The notes under the pieces: model-generated
Seen by the model: only the letters and a program-made list of their open reading frames with translations
What the model was told of the DNA's origin: nothing
Databases searched by the model: none
Shown here: piece by piece, positions 40,137 through 49,650 of the stretch
How positions within the stretch are numbered: position 1 is the first letter of the stretch
How the letters are laid out: each line of letters begins with the position of its first letter
DNA from: an uncultured Gammaproteobacteria bacterium
GTDB lineage: Bacteria > Patescibacteriota > Patescibacteriia > UBA9934 > CAMTUG01
DNA length: 64,000 nucleotides
Reading direction: 5' to 3'
Assembly: GCA_964588955.1 (NCBI GenBank)
Contig: CAZPQJ010000001.1
Coordinates: 93,572-157,571 of the forward strand
Translations under genes and position numbers: made by a program

Positions 40137-41120
40137 ATGGCCGAGGCACCCAATCAATTGCAAAAACCCGCCGGTGCGGAAACTCCCGCATCTGCCAATG
40201 AGCCAGTCATTCACGTGATGCCGGCGGAGTTTCGCGCGGGCAAAATGCCGATGAGCGCCTTGCCGAAGCCAGACATCGCGGCGCCTCCGGTCGCGCCGGT
40301 TGCTCCTCTCGCGCCTGTGCCGCCCAAAGCGCTCCCGCCGAAGCCGGGCTTAGCAACAAAAAAACGGCGCCTGCCGCCGGTGTTAGTTATTGGGTTGATT
40401 CTTTTTCTGGCGATTGTGATTGGGGCAGTGGCGGTGTTGCTTTCCCTTAATCAACCGACCGTGAACGTGGCAGTCAATAACACCCCCGTCAACGTCAATA
40501 CAGAAACGCCTCCAGAACCAACGCCAACCCCTACCCCAACGCCAACTCCAACCCCGATCGAACCCGTGGGTGGAGCCGACACGGACAGTGACGGGCTCAC
40601 CGATATTGAAGAAATTTTGTTTGGATCCGATACCCGCAATCCGGATTCCGATGGCGATACGTATCTTGACGGCAACGAGGTCTATCATCTGTATAACCCG
40701 CGCGGCAACGCTCCCGGCCTTCTGGTCGATACGGGTTTTGCGCGCGAGTTTACTGCCGAAGGATTGGACTTTCAGGTGGTCTATCCGTCACGCTGGACCG
40801 CGCAGTTATTGGAGACGCGCGGAGTGATCTTTAAAGTGCCAACGGGGGAGTTTGTTCAGGTTAGTCGTGTTGCTAAAGACGCGAGTCTTGATGTGGTGAG
40901 CTGGTATCTTACGCAGTCCCCGGAGGTGAAGGCGGAAGATGTCACTCCGCTCACTACCCGCCAGGGCTACGCGGGAATCTTAAGTCCAGATAAACTATCC
41001 ACCTATCTGGATCTCGGAGATCGTGTTTACATCATCAACTACAACGTAGGTGACCTGAAAACGATTAACTTTTTGACGACCTATCAGATGATCGTCAATA
41101 GTTTTATCCTCAAAAAATAA
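40137..41120 (+). CDS. Pro-rich single-TM protein with TSP3 repeats and PsbP-like C-terminal domain
   Basis: TM helix, (PT)n stalk, DTDSDGLTD/DSDGDTYLDG, FQVVYPSRW..YQMIVNSF. Confidence 0.75.
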   Translation: MAEAPNQLQKPAGAETPASANEPVIHVMPAEFRAGKMPMSALPKPDIAAPPVAPVAPLAPVPPKALPPKPGLATKKRRLPPVLVIGLILFLAIVIGAVAVLLSLNQPTVNVAVNNTPVNVNTETPPEPTPTPTPTPTPTPIEPVGGADTDSDGLTDIEEILFGSDTRNPDSDGDTYLDGNEVYHLYNPRGNAPGLLVDTGFAREFTAEGLDFQVVYPSRWTAQLLETRGVIFKVPTGEFVQVSRVAKDASLDVVSWYLTQSPEVKAEDVTPLTTRQGYAGILSPDKLSTYLDLGDRVYIINYNVGDLKTINFLTTYQMIVNSFILKK

Positions 41121-41121
41121 C

Positions 41122-41535
41122 ATGCTTTCCGCTCAATGTCTTCAAACCGCTTTGCCTGCCGCCATGCGCTTCCCTCAGCGCTTCGTGGAGACAATGCTTC
41201 AAGAAATCCATCGTCGCACCAAAAAGAGCGGGGAGATGTCTATCGTTTTTGTGAGTGAACGAGAGATGCGTCGGGTCAACCGCTTGTACCGTAAAAAAGA
41301 CAAGGTTACCGACGTACTTTCTTTTGAACTTCCTCTTGGTGACGTTTTGATTTGCTATCCTCAAGCTAAACGGCAGGCTGCCGAGCGTGGACATAGCGTG
41401 AAGCAGGAACTGACGGATTTGATGATTCACGGTGTTCTACATGCTCTTGGATACGATCACGAGGTTCCCAAAGATGCTAAACGCATGTTACCGCTTCAGC
41501 AAAAGATTTATGATGTCATCGCGCCTCGCTCGTAG
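41122..41535 (+). CDS. ybeY: Endoribonuclease YbeY
   Basis: NRLYRKKDKVTDVLSF and HGVLHALGYDH. Confidence 0.95.
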   Translation: MLSAQCLQTALPAAMRFPQRFVETMLQEIHRRTKKSGEMSIVFVSEREMRRVNRLYRKKDKVTDVLSFELPLGDVLICYPQAKRQAAERGHSVKQELTDLMIHGVLHALGYDHEVPKDAKRMLPLQQKIYDVIAPRS

Positions 41536-41863
41536 TATTGGTTATGCCCTAAAAGGTTTGGCTCATGTTTTCAAAACGGAGCTTAGTTTTCGTTTACAGA
41601 TTCTTGCGGGGACGGTGGTAGTGGTGCTGATGCTCCTGTTTCCTTTACCGCTTTGGCAACGGATCATTTTGTTACTGTTGATTGCCTCTGTTTTGGTGCT
41701 AGAGGTGATCAATACGATTTTTGAACGGATCGTAGATACCTTCAAGCCGAGGATTCACCCAGTGGTAGGGGAGATTAAAGATATGATGGCCGCTGCGGTG
41801 CTGATTGCCTCGATCACTTCCGGTGTTGTTGGATTCCTGCTATTGTGGCCGTACCTTATATGA
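41510..41863 (+). CDS. dgkA: Diacylglycerol/undecaprenol kinase family protein
   Basis: YALKGL...E.SFR, EVINTIFERIVD, IKDMMAAAVL; follows ybeY. Confidence 0.9.
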   Translation: MMSSRLARSIGYALKGLAHVFKTELSFRLQILAGTVVVVLMLLFPLPLWQRIILLLLIASVLVLEVINTIFERIVDTFKPRIHPVVGEIKDMMAAAVLIASITSGVVGFLLLWPYLI

Positions 41864-41995
41864 AAATTAGAAATTCGAAGCACCAAATACGAAATAAGTG
41901 GAAATCGGAAAATGGAAAGGCGAAAACCCGTTTTTGGTTTTATTTTTTCGGATTTCGAATTTGTTTGGGATTTAGTGCTTCGGATTTCGAATTTT
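41863..41995. repeat. Heptamer-based imperfect inverted repeat
   Basis: 26-nt arms 41863-41888 and 41970-41995 (23/26 complementary); TTCGGATTTCGAATTT occurs twice. Confidence 0.75.
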
Positions 41996-42011
41996 GTATT
42001 TAGCTGAGGAT

Positions 42012-43274
42012 ATGTCTGAAAATATTATCACCGGCCTTGATATCGGTTCTTCCGCCATCCGTGTGGCGGTTGGACAACTGACTCCTCAGGAAGGTGGGCG
42101 TCAAGGCATTCATGTGATTGGTGCGGTGGAAGTACCGAGCGAGGGGGTGCATAAAGGAACGATTACCTCTATTGAAGACGCTGTTTCCGCCATCTCTAAA
42201 GCGTTGGAGCAAGGGGAACGGATGGTCGGGATTCCCTTGTCGGCTGCTTGGGTGGGCATTGCTGGGCACCACGTGCTGGTACAAGAAAGCAAAGGGGTGG
42301 TTGGGGTGGGTCGAACCGACGGGGAGATCCGTGACGATGACGTGGAGCGCGCTTTAGAAGCCGCACGCACCGTGGCTCGTCCTACCAACTACGAAATTTT
42401 GCACGTCATCCCTAAAGGTTTTACTGTCGACGGTCAGCATGGGATTAAAGATCCCGTTGGTATGAACGGGATTCGGTTGGAAGTCGACGCGGTGATTATT
42501 CAAGCGCTTTCCTCGCAGATTAAAAATCTCACCAAGTGCATTTACCGTACCGGTCTCGACATTGAGGATTTGGTCTATGCCCCGCTGGCGGGGGCAGAAG
42601 TGTTGGCCACGCCCCGCCAAAAGGAACTCGGGGTCTGTTTGGTGAATCTTGGGGCTTCTACTACCACGATGATTTTATTTGAAGAGGGGGATATTTTGCA
42701 CACCGCGGTGTTACCGATCGGGTCGGATCATATTACCAACGATATTGCCATTGGACTGCGCACCTCGCTTGAGGTTGCCGAGGCGGTAAAAGTACGTTAC
42801 GGTCACGCGTTCGCCGAAGGGATCTCTAAAAAAGATGTCATCGATTTGCGTGAATTTGGGGTGGAAGGAGAACAAGCCATAGAGTGCCGTTATGTTGCGG
42901 AGATCATTGAAGCGCGCGTGGAGGAGATTTGTGAACGCATCGATGCCGAGCTTGCTAAAGCGGACCGTTCTGGATTATTGCCGGCAGGTATTATTGTGAC
43001 CGGTGGCGGAGTGCGGCTTTCGGGGGTGGTAGATGTTATGAAACGCGTGCTGCGTTTGCCGGTAGCGATGGGAGAATTGCACAACGTTTCCAGTTCCCTT
43101 GAGCGCGTCGCTGACCCTGCCTTTTCTACCGCCGTTGGATTGGTGGCCTGGGGAGCGCAAATTCGCGAAGCCTCCGGCGGTCGCGGGGGTATGGGGAACG
43201 TGTTTGCGAAATTCAAAAGTGTCGACAAAGCTTCAGAACAAGTGCGCAAGTGGCTGCGCTCGTTGATTCCGTAG
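42012..43274 (+). CDS. ftsA: Cell division protein FtsA
   Basis: ITGLDIGSS, DPVGMNGIRLEV, GSDHITNDIA, TGGG, C-terminal amphipathic helix. Confidence 0.96.
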   Translation: MSENIITGLDIGSSAIRVAVGQLTPQEGGRQGIHVIGAVEVPSEGVHKGTITSIEDAVSAISKALEQGERMVGIPLSAAWVGIAGHHVLVQESKGVVGVGRTDGEIRDDDVERALEAARTVARPTNYEILHVIPKGFTVDGQHGIKDPVGMNGIRLEVDAVIIQALSSQIKNLTKCIYRTGLDIEDLVYAPLAGAEVLATPRQKELGVCLVNLGASTTTMILFEEGDILHTAVLPIGSDHITNDIAIGLRTSLEVAEAVKVRYGHAFAEGISKKDVIDLREFGVEGEQAIECRYVAEIIEARVEEICERIDAELAKADRSGLLPAGIIVTGGGVRLSGVVDVMKRVLRLPVAMGELHNVSSSLERVADPAFSTAVGLVAWGAQIREASGGRGGMGNVFAKFKSVDKASEQVRKWLRSLIP

Positions 43275-43293
43275 ACTTGTTTGAAAAATAGAT

Positions 43294-43322
43294 AGACGGG
43301 GTCATCGGCCCCGTTTTGTTTT
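43294..43322 (+). terminator. Terminator after ftsA
   Basis: GACGGGGTC-ATC-GGCCCCGTT followed by a T-rich tail. Confidence 0.7.
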
Positions 43323-43332
43323 GCGGTATATT

Positions 43333-43417
43333 GTTCCCTGACCACGGATCGAGCAGACGTTACTCCTTTAGGCCTTCTGCTCAAGGACAACGTCTGTCCC
43401 AGATGTGGGATGGGGAC
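43333..43417. other. 85-nt rod-like imperfect hairpin (candidate ncRNA or repeat element)
   Basis: Nested pairs GTTCCC/GGGGAC, CCAC/GTGG, GCAGACGTT/AACGTCTGT, TCCTT/AAGGA. Confidence 0.5.
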
Positions 43418-43441
43418 TTTGGTGACACGTTTTTTGCGTCC

Positions 43442-43543
43442 TTGACGTCTTGGGTACTCATGTTACGATGTGAGTACAAAATTGTGCTCAGAAGTGCATA
43501 AATTGAACACAATATGTGTTCATCAAATAGACGCCTGAACACA
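43442..43543 (+). promoter_or_regulatory. ftsZ promoter with palindromic operator-like array
   Basis: TTGACG-16-TACGAT; TGAGTACA-N4-TGTGCTCA; TGAACACA-N3-TGTGTTCA; extra half-sites. Confidence 0.55.
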
Positions 43544-43572
43544 CAAATTAAATCTCCATTGAATTGACGTTT

Positions 43573-44820
43573 ATGGGCCAGGTAAAACCTGAAATCGAAA
43601 CGTTCGCCAAGATCAAGGTCTGCGGCGTGGGCGGTGGAGGAGGATCAGCACTCAACCGGATGATCTCTGAAAAGTTAAAAGGGGTCGACTTCGTGGCAAT
43701 CAACACCGATGTGCAGGCGTTGAATTCCAACTTGGCGCCGACCAAAATCCCGATTGGTAAAACCGTCACTCGCGGACTTGGGGCGGGGATGAATCCGGAA
43801 ATCGGTCGCCGCGCGGCGGAAGAAAGCGCTAACGAAATTCGTTCTGTTTTGAATGGTGTAGACATGGTCTTCTTGACCGCCGGACTTGGCGGAGGAACGG
43901 GCAGTGGAGCGATGCCGGAAATCGCCAAAGTCGCCAAAGATGTTGGCGCACTCACCGTCGCTGTGGTCACCAAGCCGTTTTCCTTCGAAGGTCCACAACG
44001 TCGTCGTATTGCCGACAAAGCCTATGAGGAGTTGTCGCAGTATGTGGACACCATCATCACGATCCCCAACGATCGCGTGTTGCAAATTATTGATAAGAAA
44101 ACTTCGCTCTTGGAAGCCTTCACGATTGTCGACGACGTGCTGCGCCAAGGTGTGCAGGGGATTGCCGAGATCATTACTATCCCTGGCCTCATTAACGTGG
44201 ACTTTGCCGACGTTAAAGCGATCATGGAAAACGCCGGTTCGGCCTTGATGGGCATTGGTCGCGCTTCGGGAGAAAATCGCGCGGTTGAAGCGGCTAAGCA
44301 AGCCATTTCCTCGCCGCTCCTGGAAGTCACCATCGACGGCGCCAAAGGCATCCTCTTTACCATTACCGGTGGAGCAGATATGGGTATGCACGAAGTCTCT
44401 GAGGCTGCCAAAGTCATTACCGGTTCGGCAGACGACGACGCTAAAGTCATTTTCGGTGCCAACGTAGATGAAGATTTGAAAGACGAAGTGCGCATTACGG
44501 TTGTGGCCACGGGATTCGATGGCCGTGATCGCCGTCCATCAATTGCGGGATCGAGCGAACTGCCGATGCAAGCGCACTGGTCGCCGCCGTCGTTTATGCG
44601 TTCCAAAGCGGAGGAAGAGCCGCGTTTTGCCCAACCAAAACCCGTATACGAACAACCAGAACGCCGTCCGATCATGCCGGCTCCTCTGCCTGTGGCTCAA
44701 CCAGCGCCCATGCCTGAGCCTCCGCAGCGCCAGGCGATTCCTCAAAACGCTCCACCCAAAAAGAAAACTGAAGAAGAAGAGCTGGAAATTCCTGCCTTCA
44801 TCCGCCGCAAAATGATGTAG
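43573..44820 (+). CDS. ftsZ: Cell division protein FtsZ
   Basis: GGGTGSG tubulin motif, [10 protein letters not shown]-terminal [10 protein letters not shown]; start ATG 43573. Confidence 0.98.
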   Translation: MGQVKPEIETFAKIKVCGVGGGGGSALNRMISEKLKGVDFVAINTDVQALNSNLAPTKIPIGKTVTRGLGAGMNPEIGRRAAEESANEIRSVLNGVDMVFLTAGLGGGTGSGAMPEIAKVAKDVGALTVAVVTKPFSFEGPQRRRIADKAYEELSQYVDTIITIPNDRVLQIIDKKTSLLEAFTIVDDVLRQGVQGIAEIITIPGLINVDFADVKAIMENAGSALMGIGRASGENRAVEAAKQAISSPLLEVTIDGAKGILFTITGGADMGMHEVSEAAKVITGSADDDAKVIFGANVDEDLKDEVRITVVATGFDGRDRRPSIAGSSELPMQAHWSPPSFMRSKAEEEPRFAQPKPVYEQPERRPIMPAPLPVAQPAPMPEPPQRQAIPQNAPPKKKTEEEELEIPAFIRRKMM

Positions 44821-44821
44821 C

Positions 44822-44852
44822 AAAAAAGAGGCGCGCCCCGCGTGCCTCTTTT
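44822..44852 (+). terminator. Terminator after ftsZ
   Basis: AAAAAGAGGCGCGC..GCGTGCCTCTTTTT. Confidence 0.8.
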
Positions 44853-44879
44853 TCGTTTTTCGTCTATAATTAACCTACT

Positions 44880-45356
44880 ATGCACTGTCCTGTTTGTTCC
44901 AACAAAGACACCAAAGTCATCGACTCCCGCATGAGCGGGGAAGGGATGGCTATTCGTCGTCGGCGCGAATGTGAAAAATGCGGCTACCGTTTTTCCACGG
45001 TGGAGGAAGTTACCTTGTTGGATTTAACGGTCATTAAACGCGATGGGCGCCGGGAAGCGTATAACCGCGACAAGATGATTCACGGGTTGGAGCGCGCGCT
45101 GGAAAAGCGGCCGTACACGGAAATGGATTTTCAAAAGTTGATTCACCGGGTAGAACGCGATGTGCAGAAAAAGCGCCGTGGAGAAGTTACCACCAAAGAG
45201 ATCGGCGAGATTGTCATGCGGGCGCTCGAGAAATTCGACAAAATTGCTTACATTCGTTTCGCTTCGGTCTATCGTGCCTTTGAAGACGTGGCTTCCTTCG
45301 AGCGTGAATTACAAACGCTGATCGGGGGCAAAAAAGAAAAAAAGAAACGCAAGTAA
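44880..45356 (+). CDS. nrdR: Transcriptional repressor NrdR
   Basis: CPVC..KVIDSR..IRRRRECEKCGYRFST; ATP cone; AYIRFASVYR. Confidence 0.97.
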   Translation: MHCPVCSNKDTKVIDSRMSGEGMAIRRRRECEKCGYRFSTVEEVTLLDLTVIKRDGRREAYNRDKMIHGLERALEKRPYTEMDFQKLIHRVERDVQKKRRGEVTTKEIGEIVMRALEKFDKIAYIRFASVYRAFEDVASFERELQTLIGGKKEKKKRK

Positions 45357-45359
45357 TTT

Positions 45360-46487
45360 GTGAAAAGCGCTCAAGAAACTTGGCTCATTGTGCTCATCGC
45401 CGCCGCGGTCTTTTTTGGCGCGCTCTCCGGCGGGGTGGCGGGTTGGTTGGCGGTCCGTCAAGATTTTCCTGGGAGCTGGCAAACCGCAGATTCTGGTTTG
45501 TGGCGCTTGCACGAAGAAGAGGTGGTGACGGTTGATGCCGTGAAGTCCATCATGTCTTCGGTGGTGAGTATTTTGATTGAAGAAAAGGAGAATGGCGAGT
45601 GGGTGGAAATTGGCGGCGGCACAGGGGTTGTTGTTTCCGACGATGGTCTGGTGCTCACCAATCGTCACGTGGTTGATCAACAAGGCGTACGCTTTTTGTT
45701 GATTGGTCCAGACGAAGCAGAACACGAGGCAACCTTGATTGGCGCGGATCCCTTTTTGGATTTGGCGGTATTGAAATTTGATCAAGATCCCGCGGCACCG
45801 TATCCGTCGGCGACACTTGGTGATTCCAGTGCCTTACAGATTGGGCAAACCGTTATGGCTATTGGTAACACGTTGAGCGAATTCCCGAATTCTGTTTCGC
45901 GCGGGATTATTTCTGGACTCAATCGCACGCTCACCGCGAGCGGCTATGGGGAAGAAGACGCGGAGGTAATCGACCACGCTATTCAAACCGATGCCGCCAT
46001 TAGCGAGGGGAATTCCGGCGGGCCGCTCATCAATCTTTCTGGAGAAGTGATTGGCATTACCACCGCCGTGGCCATGGATGGCCAATCACTCGGTTTTGCC
46101 ATTCCGATCAATACCGCGCAGGCGTTGCTGAGCGACATTCGTCAGTTCGGACGCGTGGTGCGGCCGTGGCTTGGCGTGCGCTACATGATGATTGATCGTC
46201 AATTGCAGGCAGAGTATCAACTCACAGAAACAGAGGGTGCCTATGTGTTGCCGAATCTTAACGGAGAGGTTTCGGTGATTGCCGGGTCACCCGCGGATAA
46301 AGCCGGAATTCTCCCGGGTGACGTCATTCTATCTGTTAACAATCAGCCTGTGAGCGACGCGGCTCCACTCGGCGAGCTAGTGAATAATTTTAATCCGGGC
46401 GAGACAATGACCCTGCAAATTGATCGCGACGGATCAGCACTTACGATTGACGTGGTGTTAGAAGAAGTCGACCAAACCAAATTATGA
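45360..46487 (+). CDS. HtrA/DegP family serine protease with PDZ domain
   Basis: LTNRHVV, DLAVLK, IQTDAAISEGNSGGPL, SPADKAGI. Confidence 0.93.
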   Translation: MKSAQETWLIVLIAAAVFFGALSGGVAGWLAVRQDFPGSWQTADSGLWRLHEEEVVTVDAVKSIMSSVVSILIEEKENGEWVEIGGGTGVVVSDDGLVLTNRHVVDQQGVRFLLIGPDEAEHEATLIGADPFLDLAVLKFDQDPAAPYPSATLGDSSALQIGQTVMAIGNTLSEFPNSVSRGIISGLNRTLTASGYGEEDAEVIDHAIQTDAAISEGNSGGPLINLSGEVIGITTAVAMDGQSLGFAIPINTAQALLSDIRQFGRVVRPWLGVRYMMIDRQLQAEYQLTETEGAYVLPNLNGEVSVIAGSPADKAGILPGDVILSVNNQPVSDAAPLGELVNNFNPGETMTLQIDRDGSALTIDVVLEEVDQTKL

Positions 46488-47890
46488 TCACACAGTCTTC
46501 CATCAAACGCACCAAAATCTTTTGTACCATCGGTCCGGCGTCGGCTAAGCCAGCGACGCTGTCGGCAATGATCAAAGCCGGCATGAACGTGGCTCGGCTC
46601 AATATGTCGCACGGTACCTATGCCTGGCATCGTCAGACAATGAAGATGATTGCGGCGGCGGCAAAAAAAGCAGGAGAGCCTGTAACCCTCCTTGCCGATA
46701 TGCAAGGCCCTAAAATTCGTCTGGGGGTGCTCCCAGAAGCTGGTGTAGAGCTCAAAAATGGCTCTCAGATCGTCTTTACAACCGCTTCCGACGCTTATCG
46801 CGATGGGAAGCTTCCTGTCACCTATAAGAGCATGCATCGCGATGTGAAGGTGGGTGATCGCGTCATGATAGACGATGGGATCCTGGAAGTCCGCGTCACC
46901 AAGATTTCCGGCAAAGAGATCGAGGCCAAGGTGGTCAATGGCGGCCGAGTCAGCTCCCATAAGGGAATGAATTTTCCAGATACGACGCTTAAGGTACGTC
47001 CGATTACGGAAAAGGATATGGCCGATGTGGCCTTTGCGGTGAAGGCGGGGGTTCAATGGATTGCCATGTCTTTTGTCACGCGCGCGGCAGACGTCAAAAC
47101 GATGCGTGGATTGATCCGTAAGGCGATGAAGAAAGGCCAGCTCGAACCGAAGATCATTGTGAAAATAGAAAAGCATGAGGCCTTGAAGGCGTTTGATGCC
47201 ATTTTGTCTGCCGCCGACGGCATTATGGTTGCCCGCGGAGATTTAGGGGTCGAGACCCCGGCGGAAGATGTTCCTTTGCGCCAGAAAGAGATGATTGCCA
47301 AGTGTCGTGCGGCGGGCAAATTGGTCGTGGTGGCAACACAAATGCTCGATTCTATGATCCGCAATCCTCGTCCAACGCGCGCAGAAGTCAGCGATGTCGC
47401 CAACGCGGTGATTGATCACACCGAAGCGGTGATGCTTTCTGGTGAAACTGCCTCAGGAGCCTATCCGGTCGAGGCTGTCGCGATGATGAGCAAAATTTGT
47501 ATCGATACAGAAACGTCAACATTCGATGACCTTACCTCAACAAGCATCGATGGACACAAAAAGTCGTCAAACGAATTAGTTTTTAAAGAGCTGGCAGATC
47601 TTGCTAGCCGCGAGGCAATCGATGCAATTGTCACAGCAACCGCCCTTGGCTCGAATGCTGCATCGCTCAACAGATTTCGTCCCGAAGTTCCGCTCTTTCT
47701 TGCCTGCGCAACGGAAGCAGAGGCTCGGCAGTGGAATGTACGTTGGGGGATCGTCCCGTTTGTACTCGGAAAAAAAGGCGACGCCATTCATCAGTTGAAA
47801 CAGGTAAAACAGATCAAAGGGAAACAGCACGTTGCCATTGTTTATCGCAAACATAACAACGCCCCCGGGATTGAGGTCGTTGTTGCCTGA
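46484..47890 (+). CDS. pyk: Pyruvate kinase
   Basis: RTKIFCTIGPAS, ARLNMSHG, GIMVARGDLG, ATQMLDSM, MLSGETA. Confidence 0.97.
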   Translation: MITQSSIKRTKIFCTIGPASAKPATLSAMIKAGMNVARLNMSHGTYAWHRQTMKMIAAAAKKAGEPVTLLADMQGPKIRLGVLPEAGVELKNGSQIVFTTASDAYRDGKLPVTYKSMHRDVKVGDRVMIDDGILEVRVTKISGKEIEAKVVNGGRVSSHKGMNFPDTTLKVRPITEKDMADVAFAVKAGVQWIAMSFVTRAADVKTMRGLIRKAMKKGQLEPKIIVKIEKHEALKAFDAILSAADGIMVARGDLGVETPAEDVPLRQKEMIAKCRAAGKLVVVATQMLDSMIRNPRPTRAEVSDVANAVIDHTEAVMLSGETASGAYPVEAVAMMSKICIDTETSTFDDLTSTSIDGHKKSSNELVFKELADLASREAIDAIVTATALGSNAASLNRFRPEVPLFLACATEAEARQWNVRWGIVPFVLGKKGDAIHQLKQVKQIKGKQHVAIVYRKHNNAPGIEVVVA

Positions 47891-47904
47891 AGTGTTTTTT
47901 GTTG

Positions 47905-49650
47905 TTATGTGTCGATCGGTCGCGTAAACAACAACGCGTCGGGGAGGCGGAAGAGCCCCTCGTCGTTTTGTTTTTGTTCCAGGAAGTGAGAGATGAAGCC
48001 GACGGTGCGGGGAATAATGAAGAAGGCGTTGAAGAATTCGGCTTCGGCAAGGGCGCGCAGCTGGTCGGTGGACAAGTCTTCGCAGACGGACAAGATGTCG
48101 AGGAGTAAAGCGGCGATCACGCCATCGACATTGAGAATGAGGGAGCCGGATTTGCCTGTGGTGATTGTTTCGACGGCGCGCGCGAAGTCGTAATGGGGGT
48201 GCGTTGGCAGTTGGTCGACGAAAGCGGAGAGAGCTAAGACACGCGGATCGGGGAGGCCGAGACGATACTTTTTGTGGCCAATCCCGGCAATCAAACGCCC
48301 GGCGTTATTTTCGGTTTCCACAAAGGCGGCGGCGTCCATTCCAGAGGCAACGGCATTGAGCCAAGCCGAGGCGGCGGTGTTGACCGCTCCGCCAAAACGT
48401 GGACCAATCGTGAGAAGTCCCGTAGCCAGTGAGGAGACCATGTCTTTACCGGCACGCGCGGTGATCATGGTGTTTACGGCTCCGGAAACGTTGCCGCCGT
48501 GGTCAATAAGTAAGGAGAAAACGTGCTCGGTAAATGCGGTGGTGAGGGGTGAGGTGATCGGTCGACCAAGCAAAGCAGACAAAGCATTGGTCACGAACGG
48601 CCGGCTAGCGACGGCATCAAGATCGATCACTTGTCGGGTGGAGAGGATGCTTGGGTTGCGACTGGTAAGTTCGTCAGCGGAGGTGTTCATAGAAGGGAGA
48701 GGAGTTGCGGGAAGATTTTTTAACGCGGCGAGGAATTCGGGGAAGGTGTCGGGCGCAACGACGCCGGCTTCGCGTAAGGCTTGGCGTTTGGCTCGTGCAC
48801 TTTCATCCTTGTGACCCACAAACGCCTTGGCATGTCCGAATTGCACATGTTCGGTGAAGGCCTCATCAATGATGCCGGCGACGTAGGCGATGATCGGTTT
48901 GGTAAAACGTTTTGTCTTAATGAGATCGATGATCTCGTATTCATCCACACCACCGAGTTCGCCAAAGTACACAAAGGCGTGTGTTTCTGGATCCGCTTCG
49001 GCCAGTTCAAATAACTTCGTCAGGGACAAAACAGGGAATCGATCACCGCCCACCGCCGCGGCAAAGGAGATGCGTTTTCCCGCCGCCGTGACGGCGTGGA
49101 TAAGTTCGTTGGTCATGCCTCCCGAGGTGGATCCAACAGCAATGTTCCCAATCTTTGTTAGGTTGGTGCGCGTGATTTGCTGTGGATCGATCCCGCCGAT
49201 CGCCCCAAGTTTGAGAGCGCCAGGAACAAGCAAACCAACGCCAGAGGGACCAACCAATAGATAGCGTTCGCTAAAGCGTTTGATGAGTTCGCAAGCATGT
49301 GCTTCTGGAACACCTTCGGCAAAGATGTGTCCACCAAGGGCGTTTGGGAAGCGCTCAAAAAACGCTTTGGTGGTCGTAAGGACGCGTCGACCCGATTGCA
49401 GGTTCAGCATCCACTGCGCGCGTTCTGATTGTTCCGCGTTCAGCGCTTCAATAGACGGCAAGCAAGGGATCAAAACCTCTTTTGTTCCAAAAAAGAACTT
49501 TTCGGCTTTGCGATTACTGGTAATTATGGCAATAATCGAGGCGGGGCGTTGGCAAAGATAATCAAAATCCAAGATCGACTGAATAATCGACTTATGATGG
49601 CCGATCACGAGAATTCCCGTTGATGGGGTTTTGCGAATAGAGTCGATCAT
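47905..49650 (-). CDS. aclA: ATP-citrate lyase alpha subunit (CoA-binding + phospho-His + citryl-CoA lyase domains)
   Basis: SGGMTNEL, VGGDRFP, GELGGVDEY, VQFGHA, DHGGNVSGA.NT..TARAGKD, LTIGPRFGGA, GIGH, LILNVDG. Confidence 0.92.
   Translation of the reverse strand: MIDSIRKTPSTGILVIGHHKSIIQSILDFDYLCQRPASIIAIITSNRKAEKFFFGTKEVLIPCLPSIEALNAEQSERAQWMLNLQSGRRVLTTTKAFFERFPNALGGHIFAEGVPEAHACELIKRFSERYLLVGPSGVGLLVPGALKLGAIGGIDPQQITRTNLTKIGNIAVGSTSGGMTNELIHAVTAAGKRISFAAAVGGDRFPVLSLTKLFELAEADPETHAFVYFGELGGVDEYEIIDLIKTKRFTKPIIAYVAGIIDEAFTEHVQFGHAKAFVGHKDESARAKRQALREAGVVAPDTFPEFLAALKNLPATPLPSMNTSADELTSRNPSILSTRQVIDLDAVASRPFVTNALSALLGRPITSPLTTAFTEHVFSLLIDHGGNVSGAVNTMITARAGKDMVSSLATGLLTIGPRFGGAVNTAASAWLNAVASGMDAAAFVETENNAGRLIAGIGHKKYRLGLPDPRVLALSAFVDQLPTHPHYDFARAVETITTGKSGSLILNVDGVIAALLLDILSVCEDLSTDQLRALAEAEFFNAFFIIPRTVGFISHFLEQKQNDEGLFRLPDALLFTRPIDT

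Noticed and set aside
43504-43522. NrdR box
   Set aside because: ACACAATATGTGT resembles the NrdR box only partly; spacing and symmetry differ from the 16-bp consensus. Kept as an unknown operator.
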